A stretch of DNA of 64,000 bases from contig CP075495.1 of assembly GCA_021613535.1 (NCBI GenBank), positions 8,618,001-8,682,000 on the forward strand, in the 5' to 3' direction. This DNA comes from Adineta vaga. Its lineage: Eukaryota; Animalia; Rotifera. The notes under the pieces were generated by a model. That model had not been told where the DNA came from. It did not search any database and saw only the letters and a program-made list of their open reading frames with translations. A program made the position numbers and the translations under genes. Positions 1 through 15,527 of the stretch are shown piece after piece (within the stretch, counting starts at the first letter, position 1; each line of letters begins with the position of its first letter).

Positions 1-1466
1 CTCTATGCACGTTATGTATATTATCTTAATTTCTTATTTTATCTTCTATTTGTTGCATCTCTAACAACGTATGTTTTTATTTCATTTGCTCCCTATCGTT
101 TTGGTATAACACATGATCAAATGAAAGAATCGACTTGTTACGAATTATGTTCTCTTGTAAAACAAAATCATACTGAAGAAATAGAAAGTTTACAAACACG
201 TATACGTGCTATACATGTATTTCAATGGTTCGTGATAGTTTTAGCAAGTATACAGATAGTCAAAGAATTCTTTCAACTTATATCGGAACGTTTAGATTAT
301 ATTAATCTTGAAAATGCAATAGAATTATCAGCATTTATTTTAGCGATTTTATTTACAATTGATTTCAATTCATGCTCAAGAGAAATTGGCTATCGATGCG
401 TTGTTCAATGGCAAATTGGTGCATTAGGAGTCTTTCTAACATGGTTTGCATTAGTTTTATTTATACAAAAATTTCCACGGTTTGGTATATTCGTTGTGAT
501 GTTAACACATATCTTACATACATTTTCGAGATTTTTTCTCGTTTTCTTTCTATTTATTATTGGTTTTGCATTAGCTTTTCATATGTTACTACAAAATCAT
601 AATCCATTTCAACATTTTGGAAATAGTCTATTAAAAACCTGTGTTATGATGATTGGAGAGTTCGAATATGAAGGTTTGCTATTTTCTTTATAATATCATA
701 CAAATAGAACGATGCCTTTGTAAAATCTTTTCAGAACGAGAAAAATTTGAAAGATATTTGTCTCGATTATGACAAGTGAAAGCTTTATTACTGTCAAATT
801 TCTGCAATCCATAGTATAACATCTCTCTTTTCTTTAGGTATTTTTCATGGTGATGATGCGAATTATTTTGGCATAACATATTTCTTTTTCATTATATTTA
901 TCATTGTTATGTCTATAATCATTATGAATTTACTTGTTGGTTTAGCTGTTGATGATATTGCAAGTGTAATGCGTGTTGCTACTGTTAAACGTTTAGAAAT
1001 GCGTGTTAAGTTAACACTAGATGTTGAACGACAGTTACCACGGGGACGATTCTTTTCTTCGATTCGTCGTTTTCGAACAATTGTTTATCATTCAAGTTTT
1101 TGGCAAAGATTTTTTAATAGAGTATTTCGTATACGAATCAAGACAAAATTTGATAAAAATTTTAATCGTTTGGAAGACTATGGTCTAATTCAAACAGCAG
1201 GCAATCAAGATTCGAAAACAACAAATGTACCTAAAATTGATGATAAAGTAAAATCAACAGTTGCAACAATCGGTGGTAATGGAATCGGTCTACCTGCAGA
1301 TTGGCTTACATCAATGCATACACAAATAAATACAAAATATAATGAATTTAATCGGCATATGACAGACTTAAAAATACAACAAGAAAAAATCAATAATATT
1401 CTACAGCAATTTCCAACAACAAGTCGACATAGTTCTCACCCTACATTTACACCTACATCTGTATAA
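1..1466 (+). CDS. TRPA-family (TRPA1-like) cation channel, 3' part (S1-S6, pore, TRP-like helix, C-terminal coiled coil); 5' end outside window
   Basis: Open frame 1-673, GT-AG intron 674-837, exon 838-1466. Motifs QKFPRFGIFVVM, SLLKTCVMMIGEFEY (pore) and IIMNLLVGLAVDDI (S6) are typical of TRPA channels. Confidence 0.85.
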
Positions 1467-2178
1467 ATTGTTCTAATCTGTTTTGTGTTCATGTTATATT
1501 TCGACCTCTGATTTTGATGATAAAATAAGAATGATGTTAGAATAAAATGAAAGTATTTGATTGAATCTTTACTGTTCATTAATCAATATGTCACATAAGG
1601 CTAATACAACATCACTGCATCATACAATAGGAAAAATCATTTAAAAAAAACGTTGAAATAGAAATAATATCACATTCTGATTGTGAACTATATTTATAGA
1701 CTCGTTCAATGCAAATCATACACTTATTTCTTTAAAGTACAGCGATGTCTACATAATCAATTGTAATATTTTCCAATTCTATCTATAACAATCCTGTCAT
1801 GTTTATTATTAATGAAAATGTATTCTAAATAAATAAAATTCGATTTTACTCAATTCAAAAAGAAGCACAGCTAAATCTAAAATTTAATTAGTTTCGTCTT
1901 TTTTCTTTTCGAATATATTAAGTAGAAAATCAATTAATTTTCCGTTCTTCTTTTCAATCAAACTTTTTCCTATTGGTTAAAATAAAAACAAGAAGAATTT
2001 TATTGATTATATTACATATATTTGATTGAGTTTTTCTTTTATTTCTATCATAGAAAAATTCATTGACAAAAAAAGCAACAATGAAAAAATATAAAGCAAG
2101 CAAATGCAAAAAAAAGGCCACAACAATAAGAAAAAAGAAACAGTGAGAGTTAAATTTCTTAGTTCCTTTTCTTCTCCA

Positions 2179-3751
2179 TTATTTAGAATGATGTCCATTT
2201 CCACCATTCATATGTATTCTCATATGTCGATTAAGATTTCCTGATTGTGAAAAACGAAGATGACATAATGAACATTCATATGGTTTTTCTAAAGAAAAAC
2301 AACAAAATATTGTTGATTAATTTTTAATAACTAAACATTTTTTTCTCTTCATACCTCCACTATGTACTCGCATATGTTTCGTTAATGTTGAACTATCAGA
2401 AAATGCTTTGCGACAGTATTTACATTGATACGGTCTTTCACCCGAATGTGTTCTCATATGTGTTGTTACCGATGAACTCTGTGAAAATTTTCTACCACAT
2501 ATATCACATGAGAATGGTTTTTCACCTGAATGCGTTCGTAAATGAGCAGTTAAATTAGCTGCTTGTGTAAATGCTTTATGACATTTATCACATTTATATG
2601 GCTGAAAACAGAAAAAGAAAAGATAGTTTTGAAAATCTATAAAAGAATCTCATGTAAGATGGAATTTACCTTTTCACCCGAATGTGTACGTAAATGAGTT
2701 TTTAATGTACTCGGTCGAGCATAGATTTTTCCACATATACGACAACGATTAATTCGACCTTCGTTAGCTTTAGTTATCGAAGATTTCGATGTTGATTGAG
2801 ATTGTAACCATGAACTATGCACAAGAATAGAATGAATTTTAATAAGAAAAATGCTAAAACATACTTTCGTTTATCATTGGATCCTGATGATGATGATGAT
2901 GGTGTTGGAAAAAATTCACATAGTTTTGATAAATCTTTATAATCATAACCTGTTGCTGCCGACAAAAGCATTGCTTGTTTGGTAGAAACAGGATCTGAAC
3001 GATTTTTCATATCCGATGAAATGGAATTATGATGATGATAGGATGATGTGACTGGATAATGACGATTTGATGTATAAAATGGTTCGTATGGTAAATTTGT
3101 TGCTGTTGTTGCTGATGGCGTTGGAACATTATAACCAGTAGAATATTGAATATTATGTGAATTAAAATTCATTGAAACATTGACATTCATTGGTGCTGAT
3201 AAACTCAAAGCTGATTGTAATGCTGCAGCGGCTGCAACAGTGGTTTCAGGTTTAATTGAAGGTGAACTGGAATTGACCGGTGGTGGTGAATGATGATGAA
3301 CCATATATGGGGAATAAACTGATGCTGCAGCCGCTGCAGCAGCAGCACTTGATGATGCATATGAATCCATTGCAGTATCTGCATAATAGGATGCTGTTGG
3401 ATCATAATAATGGTGATGATGATGATGTGGATCGGGGAAACGAAATGGACTATACTCATGATGTCCAACTAATTCATGAGGTTGTGGATGATGATGATGA
3501 TCACGCCAAGATGAGATAAAACTACTATACAAAAGAAAAAAAGGACAAGAAAATTAACTGATAAGATTCAAAGACTTTATCTTAATACAAAAAAAAATAG
3601 GTATGTCTTTTCTTTGAAGTTCTTTCTTCTTTTTTTTTGGTTTAACTTACCCATCAAATGAAGAAGGAGGATCTGTAGCAGCAGCACGCCAAAGTGATGA
3701 TGAAACATCAACTGTAGACGAATCCATGTTGGTGCGATTTACTGCTGTCAT
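2179..3751 (-). CDS. gl: Glass C2H2 zinc-finger transcription factor (5 fingers), multi-exon
   Basis: Spliced fingers [73 protein letters not shown] match the diagnostic Glass finger array. His/Ala-rich N-terminus. ATG at 3751 inferred, TAA at 2179-2181. Confidence 0.9.
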
Positions 3752-6700
3752 TATGTTTTAGAGATTCGAAGACTAACTTATATTGTCGATACAATTATTA
3801 CATGAAAACACGACTAATCACAATTGACGAATCGAAACTCTTCTATATGAATGTTTGTATTAGGGCTTTTTTTTCTTTTTCTCTCTTGTGCAAGAAGACC
3901 TACTACCTATCCGAATGAGATGCATAATCAAGCAAACGGAAAGACGAGAGATGGAGAGCGAGAGCAAAAGAGAGAGAGAGAAGAGAAATTTTCTCACTCT
4001 CTTTCTTTTTTTGAGTATGATGATGAAGCGCACCTATTAGAATCGAGAGATGTTTTTAATGATGTTGTTCGACACACATGATGAAATGTTATTCTTTTCT
4101 CTTTTTCTCTTTCGCTCCTTCTCTCTTAATATTTGCTTTTCACAATTGGTCAAAAAAGAAAAAAAATTCAATAACGAATCAGAATGAAAATTATCATTAA
4201 AAGAAATAAAGAAACAACAACAACAACTGATACGTATATCTTTAATCAAATATCGTAGTTGTAGTGAATATGAAATATGATTTCATTCTCACGTATATAT
4301 TTACTTATTGAACATATCATCTATCTCGACTTTTCGAAGTATTTGTTTACTATACATTGAAAACGTTTTTATAAAAGATTTTTTTTTCTCTTCATAAAGT
4401 CAATAAGATGATCATCTATTCGAGTAGTTTACATGTTTGCTGATGATGATGTGAATTAACAATTCGATAGAATAACAACATACAGATGATGATCTGAATT
4501 GGAATGATCAGTCTACTAGAATAAGTTCAAATTGAGGCGGGATCAGATTGAATTGCACAATAAAACAATCTTTCCGATGTTGATTAGCCGCTCGTTGAAG
4601 ATTTCTACACATGTGTGTCATAATCAGCTTAATCCTTTTCTTCTTCTTCATGAAATGACTAACGGTAGTTTATCTCTGATATGAATGTTCAAAAGATATA
4701 GAATAAAAAATCAATCGAGCTTAATTAATTAAGAGCAAATGGATATCAACGGATGTATATACATATATTCATACTTACAATTATACTCGGCAGTTCTTGA
4801 GTGAAATAAATGAATGAATGAATGAATGAATGTGAGAAAGAAAAAAAAAGAAGGAGATTTTATATTTTTGAAAAAAGAATAATCGAAAAGGTTTCGATGT
4901 ATATCGATTTTTAACGTTAAGAAGGAAAAAATGGAAGATGATTAGTTGTTAGGTTTCTAATCAAAATCTTCTTTTTCTTTCTTTTCATCAAAATCCACTA
5001 TTCATCTCTTTGAAAATCTCTATTATGATTTCTATTTGATCAAAAATTCATCATCAGCATCGCCAACATACTCTTTCATTCAAGAGTATTTGCTTTTATT
5101 TAAAATACATTTCAGACAATAGTAGAGTGACTGCTATTCTGTTTTTGTTTCTCTTTATTCATACAAGTCTCTAGTGTATTCGCTTTGACTTTGAACATAA
5201 GAAAGAAAAGTTGAAGACGTGCCGTTTCAATTCGAACTTTTGATTTGATATTATTTGAATACGAATGTTATTGAAATGCTTACCTATTAGTTGTTTCATG
5301 AAGACGAGATGTTAAATCCGTGTCCAAATATAACTTCGATGGAAATAAACTTGTCATTCGTTTTCTTTCCTCACACTCTTATAATCTATCGCGATCGAAT
5401 GATGCTGAAGAGCTTCTTGTATAATTTTTCAAATTTTATTGAAACCTTAGTATTTTTTCATACAGATGAGACCATTAAAGTTCAACATGCCTGTGTTAAA
5501 AAGTAATTGGCTGAATGAAAGAAAAGAACAGAGAATATCTCTTCGATGTATATCTAGTCGAAAATAAAGTAAAGTACTAATCAGTTGAATTATCTTCCGT
5601 TTTTTTCAATCTCTCTCTCTTATTTCAACGTCAATCCATTTGTAAAATAAACAACTAGACATATACAGTGCACATTGTATGTAAAGAAAGAGGTGCTATT
5701 GACTTTGTATACACATACATATACGTCGTTTTAGCATTATCGTCAATAGAAGCCAAAGAGAAAATATAACAGACTAGCAGACACCTTATCATTAATGCAG
5801 AATATAACCTATGTATTGCGTATTAGAATGGTATAAAAAAACAGAACGAAAGAAAAACTTATATGGTGAATAAGCAGTTCTTGAAAGACTTCATCAACTC
5901 AATTTGATGTATGCCTTCGAGGGTACAAGTACACACCTGACTGTTAGAGAAATGAATAATGATTACTTTGGCTCGTGCTTACAAATTCATATGCATATGA
6001 TTGTCTTCGAGATATAATGAAAATGTTCAAATGATTGTTATGAGGATTCATTTATATATATGATATTTGTCAATATCATTGTGATTAACTTTTTTCATGA
6101 CATATATAGATGTATATTCATCTCTGTTGCTTTTTGTAGTTGATTTAAGCAAGTAATTAAGAATGACAAGAAAAGAAACCTTATGTGAATATACGATGGA
6201 AAGAAACAAATATATACGTTATAAGAGAATTTAATCATCGAAATGCAATATTCGTTTTTTTCACTATACATACAGTTCACATGGAGAAGAAAACTTGTTT
6301 AAGTAAAAGTTGAAATTCATATTTGATTACCTATATCTAACATTGTTGCACAATAGATCTCTTAGATTACTGAATACAACATGATTTCTTATGAAATGAA
6401 AAGTATAACTCGTGGTATAATACAAAGGATTCAATACGTTTTTTCCTCACTTCAAGAAGCTTTAAAAATATACGATAGAATTTATTTCTACCTCACTTCA
6501 ACAAAATATTATGAAGTCACATAATATTGTTGAAAATTAAAGTCTATCACACGATATCGTAGAATATTTTATAATGCATACTTCATTAAAATCTTAGAAA
6601 TCTTTATGACTTGATTGTCAATTTATTGTACACTTTTTTACGGATTGATTTATTTTTTTGTAATATAAGATTTGAGAACTTATAGTAACTGTAACATTTA

Positions 6701-6963
6701 TGTCTATGATATACTCATAAAAGTGTCGAGTTAATTGAACAGACCTGGAAATCGAACTTTTACAGTCGTTTGAACATTTCATTTTAGGAAAAAACAAATG
6801 TTTGCAAAGCAGATGTCGCTATGAAATGTTCATGTAATGCTACCTCTGTCTAATTCATCGTTTGCATCTACCAATGAAAGATTTTTCAATCGTGAACAAA
6901 GAGACAAAACCTAGTATAGCAAGATATTTGTTTGTTTCATTTCAAAAGAAGAAAACTTCAATA

Positions 6964-8829
<1,866 letters not shown>

Positions 8830-8960
8830 AAAACAATAATAGTTTTTCTTTTCTTCTTTGTTGTGTCTACTATAAATCTGTTTCTTTGTCAATGTGTTTT
8901 TTCTTTCTTTATCTGTATTCAAAATACGACAAAACAAGAGAAAAATAGAAATCTATTCAT

Positions 8961-10751
<1,791 letters not shown>

Positions 10752-11585
10752 TCTTGTTCTTCTCTCGATCAAAAAGTTGACATGGTTAAAAAGAATAGAA
10801 AGAATACATCATGGTGTTGGTTTCCATGACTATAACCTCCTGATGTTCAAGAAACATGTAAGCAATGAACAAAATTCTATGCGATATTTTTACATTTAAT
10901 TAATGATGAGCCTTTCAATGGAGACGTATCTGCAATAGTATTGAACAGAATTATGTGACACATTTAACTTTATCGATATACTTCAGATAGAGAAAACATG
11001 GAATGTATACCATAACATATCTACAAAGACGACAATAATTGGTCTAACATCTCAGATCTGAACTAGTAGCTTTCCAACTCTTTCATATAGTTCTTATAAG
11101 AATACATTTCAAACTTGATATATGTAATGACTACATGTATATATTTAAATATCGATAAATATTGACTTTCAATTATTCCTACTAACGTAGTCAAAAGGTA
11201 ATCTTATGAATATATCTATACCGTCTCTATAAGTCTATTTTTGACTATAGAATTCACTATAAGCTTTTATTCATGAGATATATGCCAGTGATCATTAAAT
11301 GCACGACTATTAGCGTCATCTATACGAATTTTTTATAGATCCTTTAGATTGTATATTTCACGTCCATATACATATTTTCTTTTCGATAAAAAAAAAAGAA
11401 AGTCTCAGTCATTCTTTTATAATTAATCGAATCTTTCTTCATTTAAATATTCTTTAATATATATAAGCTCTTTCACCGTATGAATCATTCAATTGACACA
11501 CTATTTGTTTTTTTTAATCATTTGTTTCTATCTTTTCTTCTTGTAGAACAATTTAACTGATAAATTTCTTTCTGACTAATTCAAA

Positions 11586-12896
11586 ATGGTAATTTAAAAC
11601 ACAACGAAATATACTTGTACTTATATAATTTCTATTTATTATAGTTCCGTAATCAATATGATCATGATGTCAGCATTTGGAGTCCTCAAGTAAAAAGATT
11701 ATTATTTGTTGTATGCATGTATGCCCTACTATTTCCTTGTAAATCTAGGGAAGACTTTATCAAATTGAATATGCTATGGAAGCAGTAAAACAAGGAGCAG
11801 CCACTGTTGCTCTTAAATCTAAAACACATGTTGTTCTCTGTGCCTTAAAAGTAATTTGTTTTTGCACAAAAATATTTTAAATTTTATGTTATTTCCTGTT
11901 TTTTAGCGTGCACCATCAGAATTATCGGCCCATCAAAAGAAAATCATGTTTATCGATGATCATATTGGTGTTTCAATTGCCGGTTTAGCATCAGATGCTC
12001 GTATTCTTTGGTATGAGATAGACGACGATGATTCATTCAAATAATCGAGCGTAATTCATTTCTTTTCTTTTATTTCTAGTCGATTTATGCGTACTGAATG
12101 TATTAATCATCAATATGGTTTCGATAAACCAATGCCAGTCACTCGATTAATGGATAATGTTAGTAACAGTACGTGAAATCTTTTCGCTTCTAATTCATAT
12201 GAACAAATATATGTTCGATACTTTTTTTAAGAATGTCAAGTTCCGACTCAACGTTACGGACGTCGTCCATTTGGTGTTGGTTTTCTTATGGCTGGTTTTG
12301 ATGTAAATTTTATTGAAATTGATTTTTTCCAATAATATTTTTGTTTTCTAGGAAAAAGGCACGCATTTATATCAATTATGTCCATCAGCAAATTATTATT
12401 CTTGCAAATCAATGGCTATTGGTGCACGTTCTCAATCTGCCCGTACCTATCTTGAAAAGAATTTAGATAAATTTGCTGATAGTAATCAAGATGAACTAAT
12501 CAAACATTGTATGAGAGCATTACGTGATACATTACCGAATGAAGTTGAACTTAGTGTTAAAGTAAATTAAAATTGAAAACAAAATACTTTTCTCATCTTT
12601 CTCTATTTAGAACTGCGCTGTGGCTGTTGTTGGAAAAGATACACCATTTGCCATATTGGGTGATGCACGTGTTGCAACTTATTTAACAGCAATTGAAGGT
12701 GATGAGCGTGCACCGCAAGCTCAAGATGATACTTTAGTACGTAGAGGAGTAAATTCATAAAAATCCAATACATATATATTTATTGATGAAATTTTAGATT
12801 ACTGGTGAAGATGATTTACCACCTCCGCCACCTGGTGGTGCCGGTGGAAGTGTTGAACCACGAGTAGTAGTTGCTACTGAACGCATGGAATCATAG
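11586..12896 (+). CDS. PSMA1: Proteasome subunit alpha type-1 (alpha6)
   Basis: ATG, intron, then [69 protein letters not shown]. Confidence 0.95.
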
Positions 12897-13047
12897 ACAT
12901 AATTTACACAAAAAAAAGCAGAATCTTAGTTGAAATCGTTATTTGTTAAACATGAACATGATTTTTTAAAAACAAAAGAAAAATTCTTTACTTCTTCTTC
13001 TTTGCCTCTGTTTTTTAGATTGATAAATTCTTATATTTTCAAAAATA

Positions 13048-14141
13048 ATGTCGGCATTGGACACATTAGCAACGCAAATTCCCCAAGATTTGCGTGTAAA
13101 ACTCATGCAACATTTTGGTATTGCTAAAGAATACGAAAAAAATCCGGAAACGGTTTCTATTACATATTATTGTTTGATGTACATTGCAAATGAAGCATTA
13201 AAACTTCAAAAAGAAAAACAATTCGTTTCAAATGTTCTCGATTATCTTGAAAAAGTCAGTAGTACAAAGTTCTATGAGAGAAAGCGAACGATTTTTATTT
13301 TGAAAAATGTTTAGACAAAACGAAGTAATCCACAGGATGAAATTATTAAATCAATGGCAACTGGTCAAGCAACAATCGAAGAATTAATAACTGTTCTTGT
13401 AGGTGAAACGAATGAAGCTGACACAGAAGATGTTAAAAGTCCAGATCAATTACGTTTACTTATGAGAAAACATTATACCGTTGGTGGTTTAACCGATGTT
13501 CTATCCGTTTTTGGACCAGTGAAAGAAGATGTAAGTAACGAAGAGAGAAGTATAGTTCATGTTTATATTTTGCGTTCTTTTCTATTTCTAGTTTGCAACA
13601 TTAGGTAAAATTGCTAAAAGTCGAGCAGTGGCTATCTTTCGTGATTTGAAAGCTGGTGGTGGTGGCGGCGGCGGTGGTGGTGGTGCAGCAGCTTCTTCGT
13701 CGGGAATGAGACCACGTAAAGAACGAATTATTCGTATAAGTTTTTAAATTAATTTATCAATTCATTTAGCTGAACAAAATGCCGGTGCTAGTGCTCGTGC
13801 AATTTCACCATCGAAACCACCTACAACATCGACACAACCACAAATACCGCAGATACAATCACATTTTGATCATAGTGGTGGCAATAAAAGTAAATAAATG
13901 ATATACATACTGAAAAAGTTCAGATCTGGTGCATTGTACAGTTTATTCTTATTATTTTACTAGACTAAAAACATTATTGAATTTATTCAATCTTATTTTT
14001 TTAGGTGTTCCATTTGATGTTATTCATCAAGCACAAAAATTATTTCGTTATGCCAATTCTGCTCTTGAACATGAAGATGTTGGTACAGCAATTACAAATT
14101 GTGAACAAGCCTTGCAAATACTTCGACCCTACAATAATTAA
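13048..14141 (+). CDS. VTA1: Vacuolar protein sorting-associated protein VTA1 (MIT domains + VSL domain)
   Basis: N-terminal MIT-like ITYYCLMY...LDYLEK; C-terminal AQKLFRYANSALEHEDVGTAITNCEQALQIL matches the Vta1 VSL motif. Gly-rich linker. Confidence 0.85.
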
Positions 14142-14572
14142 CAATGTTGATTGACAATTTTGAACTTAATCGATATTATTATTCTTCATTCTTCTGCTTA
14201 ATCATTTTCTACTTCGGTTCAAACCAAATTTTTCTCTCTTCTTTTCTTTTTCTGTTTATTTGAAATGATGCTTGTATAGCAAAAGAACAACAGTAACTTC
14301 AGAACATCGAGATTTTCTGTCGATTATAAAACGAGCAGATTTTATTTTATTCCTGCTACAAAGTAAACAATTTTTTGTGCCTTATTCGATACATGCTTGT
14401 TCCTTGTTCGGTGAGAAATATGAAAGAAAAAAAATGGAACGTCAGTGCTTTTTAATGAAACGTCATGAATGAATCATAAATATTGACTCATCACTTTGTA
14501 TATCTAACTTAGTATTTTTTACTCACATTACTATATTTATAGATTGTTCTTATCATTCGTATTTGAATCATT

Positions 14573-15355
14573 ATGGAAGAAACGCAACAATTATTAGATG
14601 AAATTGTTTTACCGGCTGAAATTGAACGTTATCGAGGAGTTTATGAGAAAGCTAAAGAAGCTAATCAAGTGACCGATCAAAATAAATTTTCATTTTCTTA
14701 TTGTCTTATACGAAGTAAAGTTAAAAGTGATGTTCGTAATGGTCTTACATTACTTCGAGAACTCTATGATTCGACGACAAGTGACGATGCTAAACGTGAT
14801 TATATTTATTATTTAGCACTTGGTAAGATTTTCTTGAAAAGAAACTTACAAGAATAATGAATTTGCGTATCTAGGTAATGCTCGATTAGGTGAATATGAA
14901 GCAGCATTGAAATTTCTCGATGCAATTCTTCATCTTCAACCCGGTAATCATCAAGCAAAGAATTTAAAAGATGAAGTTACACGACGTATGAATCGTGAAG
15001 GATGTATGTTGATTTTATCTGAATGAAAACACACAAATTTTGCGATGATTTTTAGATGTTGGCATGGGTATTGCTGTAGGTGCAGGTGCATTACTTGTTG
15101 GAGGTAAGGAAGCGTAATACATGTTTTTGAAACTAGGATTTCCATTGCTCTAGGAGCAGGAGCATTATTGCTTGCTGGAGGTAAGAAGTAGATATCAGAT
15201 ACTGAGAATATGTTTTGGAGAACTAACACAAAATACACATACATCTTTCACTCGTATCATTGTCTTCAGCATTCTTTGTTATCATGAGATAATAGTAATT
15301 CAATCTCTTTATTCTAGGTCTGACCGCTGCTGCTTTGGCTCTGCTGAAAAAGTAA
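14573..15355 (+). CDS. FIS1: Mitochondrial fission protein FIS1 (TPR + tail anchor)
   Basis: FSFSYCLIRS, RDYIYYLALGNARLGEYEAALKF, QPGNHQA, C-terminal hydrophobic GMGIAVGAGALLVG...LALLKK*. Confidence 0.92.
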
Positions 15356-15527
15356 ATTGTCATATCCAATAATTACAAAACTCTTTTTGCTTCGTTATGT
15401 ACAAAATCAATCCTAATTAACTATGAACAGAATATATTCATAAAAAAATTTCTATTTTTTCTTTATTGTCGGTATTCTTTTTCATTAATAAAAGAAAATT
15501 CTTCTTTTTTCCATTGACATCAATGCA

